Origin: an uncultured Thiotrichales bacterium
GTDB lineage: Bacteria; Pseudomonadota; Gammaproteobacteria; UBA4575
Assembly (NCBI GenBank): GCA_964486815.1
Contig: CAZAOO010000013.1
Location: forward strand, 9,965 to 73,964
Length of the DNA: 64,000 bases
Reading direction: 5' to 3'
Below are positions 10,176 to 20,402 of this stretch, piece by piece. A program made the translations under genes and the position numbers. The notes below the pieces were generated by a model, which had not been told where the DNA came from, did not search any database, and saw only the letters and a program-made list of their open reading frames with translations. Position 1 is the stretch's first letter, and each line of letters begins with the position of its first letter.

Positions 10176-12380
10176 TTACATTTTAGGTATAGGGTTAGTA
10201 TCAGAAAATCCGCTTCTTATATGCAAATCTCTTTGAGGGAATGGAATTTCAATTTCATACTTGTGAAGTGCAGATTCAATTTCCCAGTTATATAGTGCTC
10301 TCCATGAGCCTGGCGTTGCATGGTTGCCTAATTTATTTACAACCCAAACAATTAATTCAAAATTTAAACTACTGTCGCCAAATCCAACGAGCCATACTTG
10401 TGGGCGTCTTTTGGCGCCGTCATCATAGGTGACTTCAACTTTTCTGGCTGCTTCTAGACCGGCTTTTTCAACTATAGCTTTATCCGTTCCATAGGCGACA
10501 CCAAAAGGTACATGGATGCGAAACATCGGCTCATTCATTGTGTAATTAACTACTTTTGCAGTGACTAACTCTGAATTAGGAACAATAATATCAAGGTTAT
10601 CTAAGGTAGTTATTACCGTGCTTCTTACATTTATGCCTTTCACAATCCCATTCATGCCCGAATCTAGTTGGACAAAGTCTCCTACCTTTATATTCTGTTC
10701 AAATAAAACAATGATTCCAGATACAAAGTTGTTAACAATAGATTGAAGTCCGAATCCGATACCTACACTTAATGCACCCGCTACTATAGCGAGGTTGGTA
10801 AAATTTAAACCAATAGAAGCGAGTGCTAATATAATTCCAATTATAATAATTATGTAATGTGATAGTCTGCCTAGGGTATAGAAAACAGGAGATGTGCGGC
10901 CATCATTGGGGCCACTTATTCGAGTGATGATTTTCCGTACTAACCTTGAAATGATATAAGCAACCAGAATGACAATTAATGCACGTAAAATATCGGATAA
11001 CGTTACCGGTACATCACCAATTCTAAATAAGCTTTTCTCAAATATTTTGTTTGTGCTTCTCCATAGTTCACTAAAAGTATAGGAGCTATCTGAACGAAGT
11101 TTAAATAGTGGGCCCTGTGTTTTAGTTAGTTTGCCTTGAACAATGGTATTGAAGAAATTTAAATCAGCGAGGGCGTTATCCAGTTTTTGTAATGCTAGCG
11201 CAATCCCTCTGACATTTTCGTTGCGATCTTTAGCTGACTGCTCTGTATTTTCAAGGTCGTTTGCGTTACCTGCGCCCAAGTTAGTTTCAATGAGAGTGTT
11301 AATTTCTTTCATTAAGGATAAATGCCACTCATTGCTTTTTGTTGAAGCGTCTTTTAAAAATGAGTCATTAATTTTATACTGTTCAACTAACTCATCGCTG
11401 GGGTATTTTGGGTCCTGGAGTGAAAGAAGTATTATTGATTTTTTTCCTTGCAAATGATTTAGTATTGCTTCCTCGCTTGTAGATTGAATTTTCGCCAATA
11501 AATATTTTTGTTTTAGTAAATTAGATTTCAAATACCCCGCTAAGTCTTCTTCAACGTTCTCTAAGGATAAGCTCTGGGCTCCCAAAAAATTCTTCTGGGC
11601 AGATTTTAAAATAGATAGCTGTTTATCTATTTCTTTTTCAATAGTATTAAGTTCATCCTCATTGATAGCTAGATTAGATTGTGCAAAATCAATTTCTTGT
11701 TTAAGCTTTTCAATTCTAGTGTTTTGGCGTTCAAGCAACTCTTTTTGAATCGGTTCTTTCTGAATTGAAACAAGCCAAGCAATTCGATTTGCTATAATTT
11801 CAAGACCTGCGGTTAGTTTTTCCTGGTTTGCCGCATCAATTTTTTTGTAAGATGCGTTTAATGTATCAATTTTACCTGCTAATGCTTTGGAAGCCCTTTG
11901 ATTTTCTTTAAAGGCAGGTAATTCAGTTTCATAAATAGACTCTAATTCACGCAGTGATCTATTCAGATTTAGTATTTCATCCAATGAGTATGCTTCTTTT
12001 TTAAAAGTAGCCTTTTTAGGTTTTTTCTTTGTGCTGGTTTTCTTGGCATCTGCAAGTGCTTTTAAACTTGACTTTATTCGAGTGATATATTCGTCTGATT
12101 TTTCTTTGTGCTTTTCTCCTACAGAATTAGACAGTTTGTTTAGATTTGTGATGAACGTATTTGCTTTTATGCTTAACTGTTCTTCCGAGTCTTCAAAATA
12201 TTCCCACCAATTAGATTGTAGATTTAATGGATTAGGTTCTAACTCAATTCTAGGTTGCTTATCTTCTTTTACTGTATTATCAAGTATCGTACCCAGTACT
12301 TCAGTTTGGGCCCATAGTGCCTGGGTTGTAAGCACTATGATAAATGCAGAAATTAGTAAACTGCCAAGCCATCGAATCAT
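10176..12380 (-). CDS. MscS-family mechanosensitive channel with long N-terminal coiled-coil periplasmic domain
   Basis: 734 aa. N-terminal signal, a long charged coiled-coil region, then multi-TM and an MscS beta-domain (…IVPNSELVTAKVVNYT…). Confidence 0.75.
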   Translation of the reverse strand: MIRWLGSLLISAFIIVLTTQALWAQTEVLGTILDNTVKEDKQPRIELEPNPLNLQSNWWEYFEDSEEQLSIKANTFITNLNKLSNSVGEKHKEKSDEYITRIKSSLKALADAKKTSTKKKPKKATFKKEAYSLDEILNLNRSLRELESIYETELPAFKENQRASKALAGKIDTLNASYKKIDAANQEKLTAGLEIIANRIAWLVSIQKEPIQKELLERQNTRIEKLKQEIDFAQSNLAINEDELNTIEKEIDKQLSILKSAQKNFLGAQSLSLENVEEDLAGYLKSNLLKQKYLLAKIQSTSEEAILNHLQGKKSIILLSLQDPKYPSDELVEQYKINDSFLKDASTKSNEWHLSLMKEINTLIETNLGAGNANDLENTEQSAKDRNENVRGIALALQKLDNALADLNFFNTIVQGKLTKTQGPLFKLRSDSSYTFSELWRSTNKIFEKSLFRIGDVPVTLSDILRALIVILVAYIISRLVRKIITRISGPNDGRTSPVFYTLGRLSHYIIIIIGIILALASIGLNFTNLAIVAGALSVGIGFGLQSIVNNFVSGIIVLFEQNIKVGDFVQLDSGMNGIVKGINVRSTVITTLDNLDIIVPNSELVTAKVVNYTMNEPMFRIHVPFGVAYGTDKAIVEKAGLEAARKVEVTYDDGAKRRPQVWLVGFGDSSLNFELIVWVVNKLGNHATPGSWRALYNWEIESALHKYEIEIPFPQRDLHIRSGFSDTNPIPKM

Positions 12381-13339
12381 TTCATTTTCCTTAAAAAAAT
12401 GATAAGCGCGACTTCAATTAATACCATCACTCCCAAGACATAAAAATATCCGTTTTTAGCTTGTAATTCTGGTATATGCTCAAAATTCATGCCATATAAA
12501 CCGGTTATGAAAGCGAGTGGAACAAATAAAACCGTAAAGATGGTCAATGTTTTTACGATTTTATTTACACGATGAGATGTAATAGATAGGTAGCTATTCA
12601 CCAAGTCTGTGGTGAGTTGTTGATGCATAAGCGACAAGCTTGCGCTTCGTTCCATGTGCTCATATACATCATTAAATTCATGTAGGCTTTTTTGTATGAA
12701 GCTATTTGTTGAAGTGTGTAAAAGTGAGCTAAATACACCTTTATGATAAGTCATTGCCCTATGTATTTTTCTCAATGCGCTATTATATTTAGATAGCTCT
12801 GCCAGATGTGAGTCATTTAGGTCAGTGGCCAACTGGTTTTCTAGCTCTTCAAGACGTTCCTCTAACTTTTTCAAAGTATTGAAATAATGATCAGCCACAT
12901 TTCTAGAAATATGGTATGCAATGTTACTAGTTCCATTAGAGCAGTCTATTATATTATTTAACAAACAGTTCCATATGTTGTCTATACACTCATGAGTATT
13001 AATTTTTCGAGTCACAATATAGCGATCGGAAACAAACATGGCTAACTGTGAATAAGTAAACTCATTTTTTATCTCGCTTGAGTCAATAGTTCTGAGTAGC
13101 ATTAAAAAGTGATTGTTAAAAAACTCTATCTTAGGGGGGTGACGGCGCCTTGTGGCATCGGCCATTTCTAAGGCGCTAAAGCCAAATGTATTGGCAATTA
13201 ATTCATCTTCTTTGTTTGTAGGATTAGAAATATTAACCCAAATTAAGGAGTTGTCTTGATCTTTCCAGTTATTTATTAGGTCAAACTGACCTTTTCCTAT
13301 AAGTCCAGAATCTTTTGTAAATATAGCTACTTCTATCAT
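12377..13339 (-). CDS. CorA-family divalent cation transporter
   Basis: 320 aa. Two C-terminal TM helices with the signature YGMNF. 4-nt overlap with the MscS gene, so they form an operon. Confidence 0.8.
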   Translation of the reverse strand: MIEVAIFTKDSGLIGKGQFDLINNWKDQDNSLIWVNISNPTNKEDELIANTFGFSALEMADATRRRHPPKIEFFNNHFLMLLRTIDSSEIKNEFTYSQLAMFVSDRYIVTRKINTHECIDNIWNCLLNNIIDCSNGTSNIAYHISRNVADHYFNTLKKLEERLEELENQLATDLNDSHLAELSKYNSALRKIHRAMTYHKGVFSSLLHTSTNSFIQKSLHEFNDVYEHMERSASLSLMHQQLTTDLVNSYLSITSHRVNKIVKTLTIFTVLFVPLAFITGLYGMNFEHIPELQAKNGYFYVLGVMVLIEVALIIFLRKMK

Positions 13340-13523
13340 TTGCTAAGTGTGCATCAAGATGTGCTGTATGATCAAATTATATGTATATGCTATTGACTAA
13401 ATGAAGCCAAATTATCTAGGTAATACAACTTTTATACAATGTATTTTCAACAGTGTTATGTCTAGCTTAAATGTTGATAGATGAGAATTTGAACTTTTAT
13501 TGTCAATGCATAGCGATTAAAAC

Positions 13524-13982
13524 ATGCCTAAATCTACCGAGTTAAGTGTAATTGGCTGGCGTGAATGGGTGTCGCTACCTGATTTAGATATAGACCAAAT
13601 TAAGCGCAAAGTAGACACAGGTGCTAAAACTTCTGCATTACATGCTTAATTTATCGAACCATTTAATATATCAGGAGTTGACTATGTGCGGTTTGGATTG
13701 CACCCATTACAAAAAAGTTCCAAGGGAGAGGTGATTTGTACCAGCAAGGTCGTCGATCAGCACGCAGTAACTGATTCGGGCGGCCACCGTGAAACTAGAT
13801 ATGTTATCTTCACACGAATAAAACTATCCCAGCATACTATTGATGCTGAGATTACACTTACCGATCGTGATAGCATGACGTTTAGAATGCTGCTTGGGCG
13901 TAATGCAATAAAAAATCAGTTTATAGTCCATCCTGCATGTTCGTATTTAATTGGTAAAAAGAAAAAGACAGGTCCAAAATGA
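13524..13982 (+). pseudogene. RimK-associated ATP-dependent zinc protease (retropepsin-like) interrupted by an in-frame TAA at 13647-13649
   Basis: ATG 13524 gives [45 protein letters not shown] follows, and the same frame continues FIEPFNISGVDYVRFGLHP… to 13982. The stop at 13982 overlaps the rimK start, as in intact homologous pairs. Confidence 0.65.
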
Positions 13983-14887
13983 AGATAGCGTTATTAAGTA
14001 AAGGTAGTACAAGGTTATATTCTAATAAACGCATCATTGAAGCTGCATTAGAACGAGGCCATGAAATCGATGTTATAAATACAACTGACTGCTATATGGA
14101 CATAGCAACAGACAAGCCAAGCGTTCATTTAAAAGGCAAAGAACTGCAAAAATATGATGCAGTCATACCACGTATTGGAGCATCTATCACTTTTTATGGA
14201 GCTGCGGTATTGAGGCAGTTTGAGATGATGGGAACCTACCCACTCAATGAATCAGTAGCAATAACACGGTCACGTGACAAGTTGCGTTCTCTACAAATAT
14301 TATCTCGTGCAGGGATAGGTCTGCCATTAACAGGCTTTGCAAATTCAACAAAAAACACAAAAGACCTAATTAACTTGGTAAAGGGTGCTCCCTTAGTCGT
14401 CAAATTAATTGAAGGTACTCAAGGGAAAGGCATCGTACTGGCAGAAACTTACAAAGCTGCTGAAGCCATAATTGATGCCTTTCGACAACTTGGTGCTAAT
14501 TTTTTAGTTCAGGAATTTGTCAAGGAGGCTGGTGGGGCAGATATTCGTTGCCTGGTTATCGGAGATAAAGTTGTAGCAGCAATGATGCGGCAGGCAGCTC
14601 AAGGCGAATTCCGTTCTAACTTACATCGAGGCGGTACAGCTTCACTTGTAAAGTTAACGCCTAAAGAACGGGCAACTGCAACACATGCTGCGAGAAAGAT
14701 GGGGTTAAATGTGGCTGGAGTAGATCTTTTGCGGTCCAGCCATGGGCCAGTCGTAATAGAGGTAAATTCTTCGCCAGGTCTTGAAGGAGTAGAAAAGGCT
14801 ACAGGGAAAGATGTTGCGGGAATGATGATAGATTTTATAGTTAAACATGCAAAACCACACAAGACGAAAACTCGTGGTAAGGGCTAA
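13979..14887 (+). CDS. rimK: ribosomal protein S6--L-glutamate ligase (ATP-grasp)
   Basis: 302 aa. [24 protein letters not shown]…, ATP-grasp motifs. Confidence 0.88.
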   Translation: MKIALLSKGSTRLYSNKRIIEAALERGHEIDVINTTDCYMDIATDKPSVHLKGKELQKYDAVIPRIGASITFYGAAVLRQFEMMGTYPLNESVAITRSRDKLRSLQILSRAGIGLPLTGFANSTKNTKDLINLVKGAPLVVKLIEGTQGKGIVLAETYKAAEAIIDAFRQLGANFLVQEFVKEAGGADIRCLVIGDKVVAAMMRQAAQGEFRSNLHRGGTASLVKLTPKERATATHAARKMGLNVAGVDLLRSSHGPVVIEVNSSPGLEGVEKATGKDVAGMMIDFIVKHAKPHKTKTRGKG

Positions 14888-14932
14888 TCAAAATAGTTTT
14901 ATGACTCTTCTTATATTAAGGATGATTGTGCT

Positions 14933-15945
14933 GTGATTGAAAAAATCAGCATTGCTAGCAATGATATAAAACCTGCAACAAGCTCTGTACTACAACTTGA
15001 GCTTCCTCCGTTATATACCAATACGCCTTTGACCATGCCTGTACATGTGATTCGAGGCAAGAATGATGGTCCTAAGTTATTTGTCAGTGCTGCAATTCAT
15101 GGTGATGAACTAAATGGTGTCGAGATTGTTAGAAGATTAATTAAAAAGATATCAGTAAAACGACTTACTGGTACTTTGATCGCTGTACCTGCAGTAAATA
15201 TATATGGAATGTTACAACATTCACGCTATCTGCCTGATCGCGAGATCTAAATTGCTGTTCCCCGGGTTCTTTGCAAGGCTCATTGGCTGGGCGGTTGGCA
15301 TATTTGTTTATGAATGAGATCGTATCCAACTGTGCCTGTGGCATCGATCTTCATACTGCTGCACTGAATCGTAGCAATCTCCCCCAAATACGCGCAGATT
15401 TAAGCGATGAAAAAATTTCAGGATTAGCTACTGCCTTTGGTGTTCCAGTAATTGTTAACTCAAAACTTCGTGATGGTTCTTTGCGTGAATCTACCACAGC
15501 TAAGAAAGTGCATGTACTTGTGTCCGAGGCGGGTGAAGCTATGCGTTTCAGTGAATCAGGGATCAAAGCGGGCCTAACTGGAATATTAAATGTGATGAGG
15601 TATGTGAATATGATTCCGCCTCCAACAAAAGGCGTACGGACTAATAGTGTTCCACAAGTAGCTCAATCAAGTAACTGGATGCGTGCTCCTGTAAGTGGTA
15701 TTTTCAGAACCAGAACTCGTTTGGGAAAAGAAATTAAAAAAGGACAGATCATCGGATATATAGAAGATGTATGTGATTACCATAATCAAGAAGAAATTGT
15801 TGCGCCTGATGATGGCATCATCATAGGTCAGTCGCATATCCCTCTGGTTTATGAGGGTGACCCTTTGTTTCACGTTGCTTATTTTAAGAATGTGAAGAAA
15901 GCAGTGCAAAGCCTGGATGACTTTGAAACCGAACAGACTACGTAA
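14933..15945 (+). pseudogene. succinylglutamate desuccinylase/aspartoacylase (AstE/AspA) family protein split by a frameshift near 15240
   Basis: Frame A reads …YLPDREI* (stop at 15248). Frame -1 reads RDLNCCSPGSLQGSLAGRLAYLFMNEI…, which restores the family DLNRxFPG-type motif. The two listed ORFs (105 aa and 224 aa) are halves of one gene. Confidence 0.7.
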
Positions 15946-16040
15946 ATATGTGTTAAAGATTTTCACTTTTCAATAATTGCAATTAATTTAATGCAGTCAA
16001 CTTCTATATATGGAAAATATAATTTAAAATTAATAGTCAA

Positions 16041-16085
16041 TGTTCATAATGCTGGGTCGGTAGTTCAAGCCCACCCATAGCCACC
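16041..16085 (+). repeat. degenerate copy of the 3' half of tRNA-Met (att-like island junction)
   Basis: tgttcataatgctgggtcggtagttcaagcccacccatagccacc aligns with anticodon loop through acceptor 3' strand of the intact tRNA-Met at 9820-9896. Confidence 0.75.
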
Positions 16086-16255
16086 GCACTTGCGACTGGG
16101 TATTATGCGCAAGTTAGCTGTGTAGAAAGGCACACATATAGTTAGTAAAGCACAACAAGTTCGTCATAAGTCCGTCAGTAAAATTAATATTACCGTTATT
16201 ATTTCCTAAATATTACATTTGTTAGGAAGGAACATTTACCAGAGGTTGCGCCTGC

Positions 16256-16846
16256 TTATTCTTCTTCATAGATATCTAATTTTACTTCTTTCATGCTATA
16301 GGAAGCGGGTCCATATTCGCTATTGATACTTTCTGTTGTCATGGTGCCTTCAATCCAGACTGCATTATCTAACCACTTTTGATCAAGTGGTTTGGTCGAG
16401 TTTACGTATACCATTTGATTAGATGGAGGTGGTGGCACATGTATGCATGCACCAAAGTAAGGAGCTAATAAGAACTCATTAAAGATACCATTATCAAAAT
16501 CATACTCTAAAGGCACAATAAAACCCGCAAGTTTTATATATTGACCATTTAACTCAGGCACAATAGGTGCTGAGCGTAACGATACCAGTAATTCATCATA
16601 GGCTTGTTGCGCTTTTTCGGAATCATCTTCGATATCGTCAAAACCAAGAGCGTCACCAAAATTATCAAATATTCCGCTCAATGTTGATTGCTGTTTTTGT
16701 TGCAAATTTTCAAAATAACCTTCAGGTGCAAGGTCATCCCAGGTCAATTCTTTAGCTTCCTTCGCTAGTAATGTTGAGCTTATTATAGATACGAAAACCA
16801 GAAAATTCAGCGCAAGAGAAAAATATTTATTAGAGAAATAATTCAT
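16256..16846 (-). CDS. DUF3299-like periplasmic protein (ZrgD-like)
   Basis: 196 aa with signal peptide. Last gene of the Zur-box operon, directly downstream of the ABC permease. Confidence 0.55.
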   Translation of the reverse strand: MNYFSNKYFSLALNFLVFVSIISSTLLAKEAKELTWDDLAPEGYFENLQQKQQSTLSGIFDNFGDALGFDDIEDDSEKAQQAYDELLVSLRSAPIVPELNGQYIKLAGFIVPLEYDFDNGIFNEFLLAPYFGACIHVPPPPSNQMVYVNSTKPLDQKWLDNAVWIEGTMTTESINSEYGPASYSMKEVKLDIYEEE

Positions 16847-18111
16847 GTGCGTATGGTCAGCCCGTCTTGTAAAGTTTTCCTATAAGCACTGATCGCAGGG
16901 AAGATTGCGGCGATCAGTCCGCCTGTAATAATGGTTAACAGTATGAGCCATTGGAGCTTGGTTGGTGCATGAAGTTCAATGTTTAATCCATAGGTATTAA
17001 ACAAAATAGGGTTAATCAAAGCCAGCGAAGTGTATAGAATTATTAAGCCTAAAAGAATGCCAAGTATTACCAATATTTCTGATTCAATTACCATTAGTGA
17101 AAATATTGTCTTTGGTGAAGCACCAACTGAACGAAGGACCGCAATTTCACGGCGACGCTCATTTAGGTTGGTTAAAATAATGGCTAACATCCCTAGTAAG
17201 CCGGTCACAACAACAAGTGCTGCGATAATCAACATTACTTTTTCAATAGCGCCTACAACTTTCCATAGTTCCATGAGAGCAATACCTGGAATAATTGCGA
17301 GTAGAGGCTCAGATTTATAGTTGTTGATTCCACGTTGAATGGAGAAGATGTCTTGTTTATTTTTAAGTCCAAGTAAAAATGCTGTTATGGATTTGATTTG
17401 AAGTCTAGAATCATCTTCTTTTAAGTTGTCCGTCTGAATTGACTGCTGATTAGGTACGCCTTGTTCCCAACCTATATGCACGGCTTCTAATCCTTTTAAT
17501 GATATTAATACAGATCGATCTATGGGGGTCCCAGTTGGTTTTAATATGCCTGTTACAGTAAAAGGTAAGTTTTTATGTTCAGCAAAACTCACGTTCCCCA
17601 TTCCATGTGCCAGGATGATTTTATCACCAAGTTGATAATTAAGGGTTTTTGCAACTTCTGCACCAAGGACTGTATCAAAGATCCCTGAAAATTCTTCTCC
17701 GCTTAAGAAGGATAACTTATAACGTTTTCCATAATGATAATATTGAAATATATCTCTTGTCGTGCCAACGACTCTATGTCCTTTGTGAGAATCACCCAGA
17801 GAAATAGGGATGCTCCAATTTACACGTGGATGGTTGATGATTTTGTTATAGCTTTCCCATGAAACGTTATTCGTTGCATTTCCTAAATGAAAAACACTAT
17901 ATAGCAATAATTGCGCAGAACCGCTTCGCGATCCCACAATCAAATCTGTACCACTAATGGTATTGGCAAATTTTTCTTTGGCTTGTACACGTATGATATC
18001 TACACCTAGAAGTAACACAACACTGATTGCTAGTGAGAAGATGGCTAAACCAATAGAAAGCTTACGAAATCGAAGGCTTTTTAAAGCTAGTTGGATAATT
18101 TTGATGTTCAT
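16843..18111 (-). CDS. ABC transporter permease, MacB/LolC/FtsX type (ZrgC-like)
   Basis: 422 aa. N-terminal TM, large periplasmic domain, C-terminal FtsX-like TM bundle. Overlaps ATPase gene by 4 nt. Confidence 0.8.
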   Translation of the reverse strand: MNIKIIQLALKSLRFRKLSIGLAIFSLAISVVLLLGVDIIRVQAKEKFANTISGTDLIVGSRSGSAQLLLYSVFHLGNATNNVSWESYNKIINHPRVNWSIPISLGDSHKGHRVVGTTRDIFQYYHYGKRYKLSFLSGEEFSGIFDTVLGAEVAKTLNYQLGDKIILAHGMGNVSFAEHKNLPFTVTGILKPTGTPIDRSVLISLKGLEAVHIGWEQGVPNQQSIQTDNLKEDDSRLQIKSITAFLLGLKNKQDIFSIQRGINNYKSEPLLAIIPGIALMELWKVVGAIEKVMLIIAALVVVTGLLGMLAIILTNLNERRREIAVLRSVGASPKTIFSLMVIESEILVILGILLGLIILYTSLALINPILFNTYGLNIELHAPTKLQWLILLTIITGGLIAAIFPAISAYRKTLQDGLTIRT

Positions 18112-18812
18112 GCGTTTTCGACTGAGCTAAAGTCATTTAACGAAACAGAGCGATCGAATAAACTTGCTAATGTAAGGTCATGGCTGACAAATAATATCGC
18201 ACTATTACTTTTCATTGCTTCTTCAAATAATAGTTCTAAAAAGCCCTGTTTGGCATCTTGATCTAATGCCGAGGTGGGTTCATCTGCAATGATAATTTCA
18301 GGAGAGCCGATCAAAGCACGCGCTGCTGCTACACGTTGTTGTTGGCCAGTACTGAGCTCGGTGACATTTTTATAGATAATATCTTTGTCTTTTAAACCAA
18401 GTGCGGCTAATAACCTTAACGCTTCTTCCATAGTATTGCGTTTTTGTATAGATAACATTTCTCGTCTGCGCCATGAAAATAGACAGGGTAGAGTGATATT
18501 CTCTAAAACGTTGAGATAGGGTATTAAATTGAATTGTTGAAAAATTATACCCATGTGATCAGCTCGATACTGATCGCGTAATTTTTGTTTTTGGGAGAAT
18601 AAATTTTTTCCTAAAACAGTAATTTCTCCATGGGTAGGTTTGAGAACTCCTGAAATCAGATTTAATAAAGTTGTTTTCCCGCAACCACTTGGCCCGTGAA
18701 TAAATAACTTTTCTGCTTTTTTAAGAATCAGTGATTCAATATTGATTAAAGGCTTTTGGGTATTCTCCCAACAAAATTCAATATTTGATAACTGAATACA
18801 GGTTTGAGACAT
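18108..18812 (-). CDS. ABC transporter ATP-binding protein (ZrgB-like)
   Basis: 234 aa. Walker A GPSGCGKTT, signature LSTGQQQRVAAARAL, Walker B IIIADEPTSALD. Confidence 0.88.
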   Translation of the reverse strand: MSQTCIQLSNIEFCWENTQKPLINIESLILKKAEKLFIHGPSGCGKTTLLNLISGVLKPTHGEITVLGKNLFSQKQKLRDQYRADHMGIIFQQFNLIPYLNVLENITLPCLFSWRRREMLSIQKRNTMEEALRLLAALGLKDKDIIYKNVTELSTGQQQRVAAARALIGSPEIIIADEPTSALDQDAKQGFLELLFEEAMKSNSAILFVSHDLTLASLFDRSVSLNDFSSVENA

Positions 18813-18833
18813 AGAATAATTGATTTGATTTTG

Positions 18834-19460
18834 TTATTTTAATGATAGCGCACGTGTATTTGGTGTTGCAGTAAATAGATTTTGGCTCTCATTAGAAACA
18901 AATTGTACTTCAATCTTCTCAATTGTGGGGAAGTGATCAAATATTATATATTCAATTGATTCTGGGTTGTCGTGTGAGCAGCTGTATTTATAATGAATGG
19001 ATACATCGCTATGTTCTCCATCATTGTGTGATTCATCGTGATGATGTTCGTCTGAACCATGACCATCATGACCATCATGACCATCATGACCATCATTCTC
19101 TTTATTAACTAAATCAAAAATTCTACTTTCAAGGCTGACAGAATCAAGTTTGCATGCATTAGTTGGGTATATAGTAACAATGTTATCGTCACTTTCTAGT
19201 ATGGTCTTAGCATTTGTAATGCTTTTACGCTCTTCATTATTAAGTGGTTCATGCTCAAATCCAAATACGTCTATGGAGGGTAGTAATATCTCTAAGCTGA
19301 GTGTTTCGTCAATAAACGTAATTTGAGAAGTGGCCTGACCATGTACATGTGCTGCATGTTCCTCATGATCTGTTTCCAAGTGATGGTCTTCACCCGCATA
19401 TAAACTGATGCAGGAGGTTGTCATAAAAACTGCAATTAAATATTTAAGTATTTTCATCAT
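18834..19460 (-). CDS. His-rich periplasmic metal-binding protein (ZrgA / DUF2796-like)
   Basis: 208 aa. Signal peptide. Repeated DGHDGHDGHDGHGSDEHHHDESH and HEEHAAHVHG segments. Confidence 0.65.
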   Translation of the reverse strand: MMKILKYLIAVFMTTSCISLYAGEDHHLETDHEEHAAHVHGQATSQITFIDETLSLEILLPSIDVFGFEHEPLNNEERKSITNAKTILESDDNIVTIYPTNACKLDSVSLESRIFDLVNKENDGHDGHDGHDGHGSDEHHHDESHNDGEHSDVSIHYKYSCSHDNPESIEYIIFDHFPTIEKIEVQFVSNESQNLFTATPNTRALSLK

Positions 19461-19501
19461 GGTTGATATCTTTGGTTTATATGCAAGAAGTCATTTGGTT
19501 T

Positions 19502-19924
19502 CTAATTAGCAGATTTGACTTTGCATTTTCTTGTAGCTATTAGGTTAAACATGTGGCCTGACGCGTGAATTATACCTCCAAAGATGGTCAGCCAGGTTTC
19601 TGCTGTGTGAGGTATTGTGTGGTTTGCAATTAATGTTCCTGCATAAACTGCAGTAAATACTAATATCGTCAAACCTAATAATGAGATTATGGTGGGCGAA
19701 ATATTTCTATGAAAACGATATCCGGATATCGTGGCAAGAATACTCACTGGCAAAATAAATATTAGAATAAACTGGTGAAACCAGAATTCATGTAACGCAT
19801 GTCCATAGTGTATCGTAGTAGATATTAAGGGGATTAGGCTGGCAACAATTGGGAAAATCGCACAGTGAATAGCACATATACCTGATAGAGAAATTGCTAA
19901 ATGATCAAATTTATCTTGTAACAT
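19502..19924 (-). CDS. MerC-like small integral membrane protein (Cys/His motif CAIHCAIFP)
   Basis: 140 aa, 4 predicted TM helices, Cys-x-x-His-Cys motif. Paralog of the next gene. Confidence 0.5.
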   Translation of the reverse strand: MLQDKFDHLAISLSGICAIHCAIFPIVASLIPLISTTIHYGHALHEFWFHQFILIFILPVSILATISGYRFHRNISPTIISLLGLTILVFTAVYAGTLIANHTIPHTAETWLTIFGGIIHASGHMFNLIATRKCKVKSAN

Positions 19925-19999
19925 AATTATTATTAGTAAACTGAAAACAGTACTTGATGATGAAAAAAGTAACGAACGCCACTTCTATGTACTGCTTTG

Positions 20000-20398
20000 T
20001 TACTGATATGCACAGGTTTTATGATATTGGCATAAACGATAATTCCATATGTGAGAAGCAGCAATAATCGCTGCGCCGATGACTGTGAATGCTTTTTCTA
20101 AACTTTCTCCTAATAAATCGTGACCAAAAAGGGCAACCAGGCACAAAGTTAACAAGCCGATGCCGCCTAGCATTAATACTGGGTAGTGCTTGTGATTTTT
20201 GCAGCCCATTGTTAGTGCATAGGCGGAAATCGGCAAAATAGCAATTATCATCCATACATGAAATATTTCATCATTTAATGGCAAGGCTGCAATAGATGGG
20301 AGTAAAACAGCTAAAAGAGGTAGAGCTAAGCAGTGAATTGTGCATAGTAAAGATAAACTAATAGCTGTTTTATCTGTTATGAATTGAGTATTAACCAT
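20000..20398 (-). CDS. MerC-like small integral membrane protein (CTIHCLALP)
   Basis: 132 aa. Same architecture and motif as 19502-19924. Confidence 0.5.
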   Translation of the reverse strand: MVNTQFITDKTAISLSLLCTIHCLALPLLAVLLPSIAALPLNDEIFHVWMIIAILPISAYALTMGCKNHKHYPVLMLGGIGLLTLCLVALFGHDLLGESLEKAFTVIGAAIIAASHIWNYRLCQYHKTCAYQ

Positions 20399-20402
20399 TT
20401 AA

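Noticed and set aside
13686-13982. Treating the 98-aa ORF (13686-13982) and the two ORFs 14933-15250 / 15271-15945 as separate genes
   Set aside because: They continue upstream-frame homologous sequence across a stop or frameshift. Annotated instead as disrupted single genes.
19061-19096. Short perfect tandem repeats that might suggest a CRISPR or minisatellite array
   Set aside because: Only four 9-nt units. They lie in frame inside a coding region and encode a DGH repeat. No spacer structure and no cas genes anywhere in the window.
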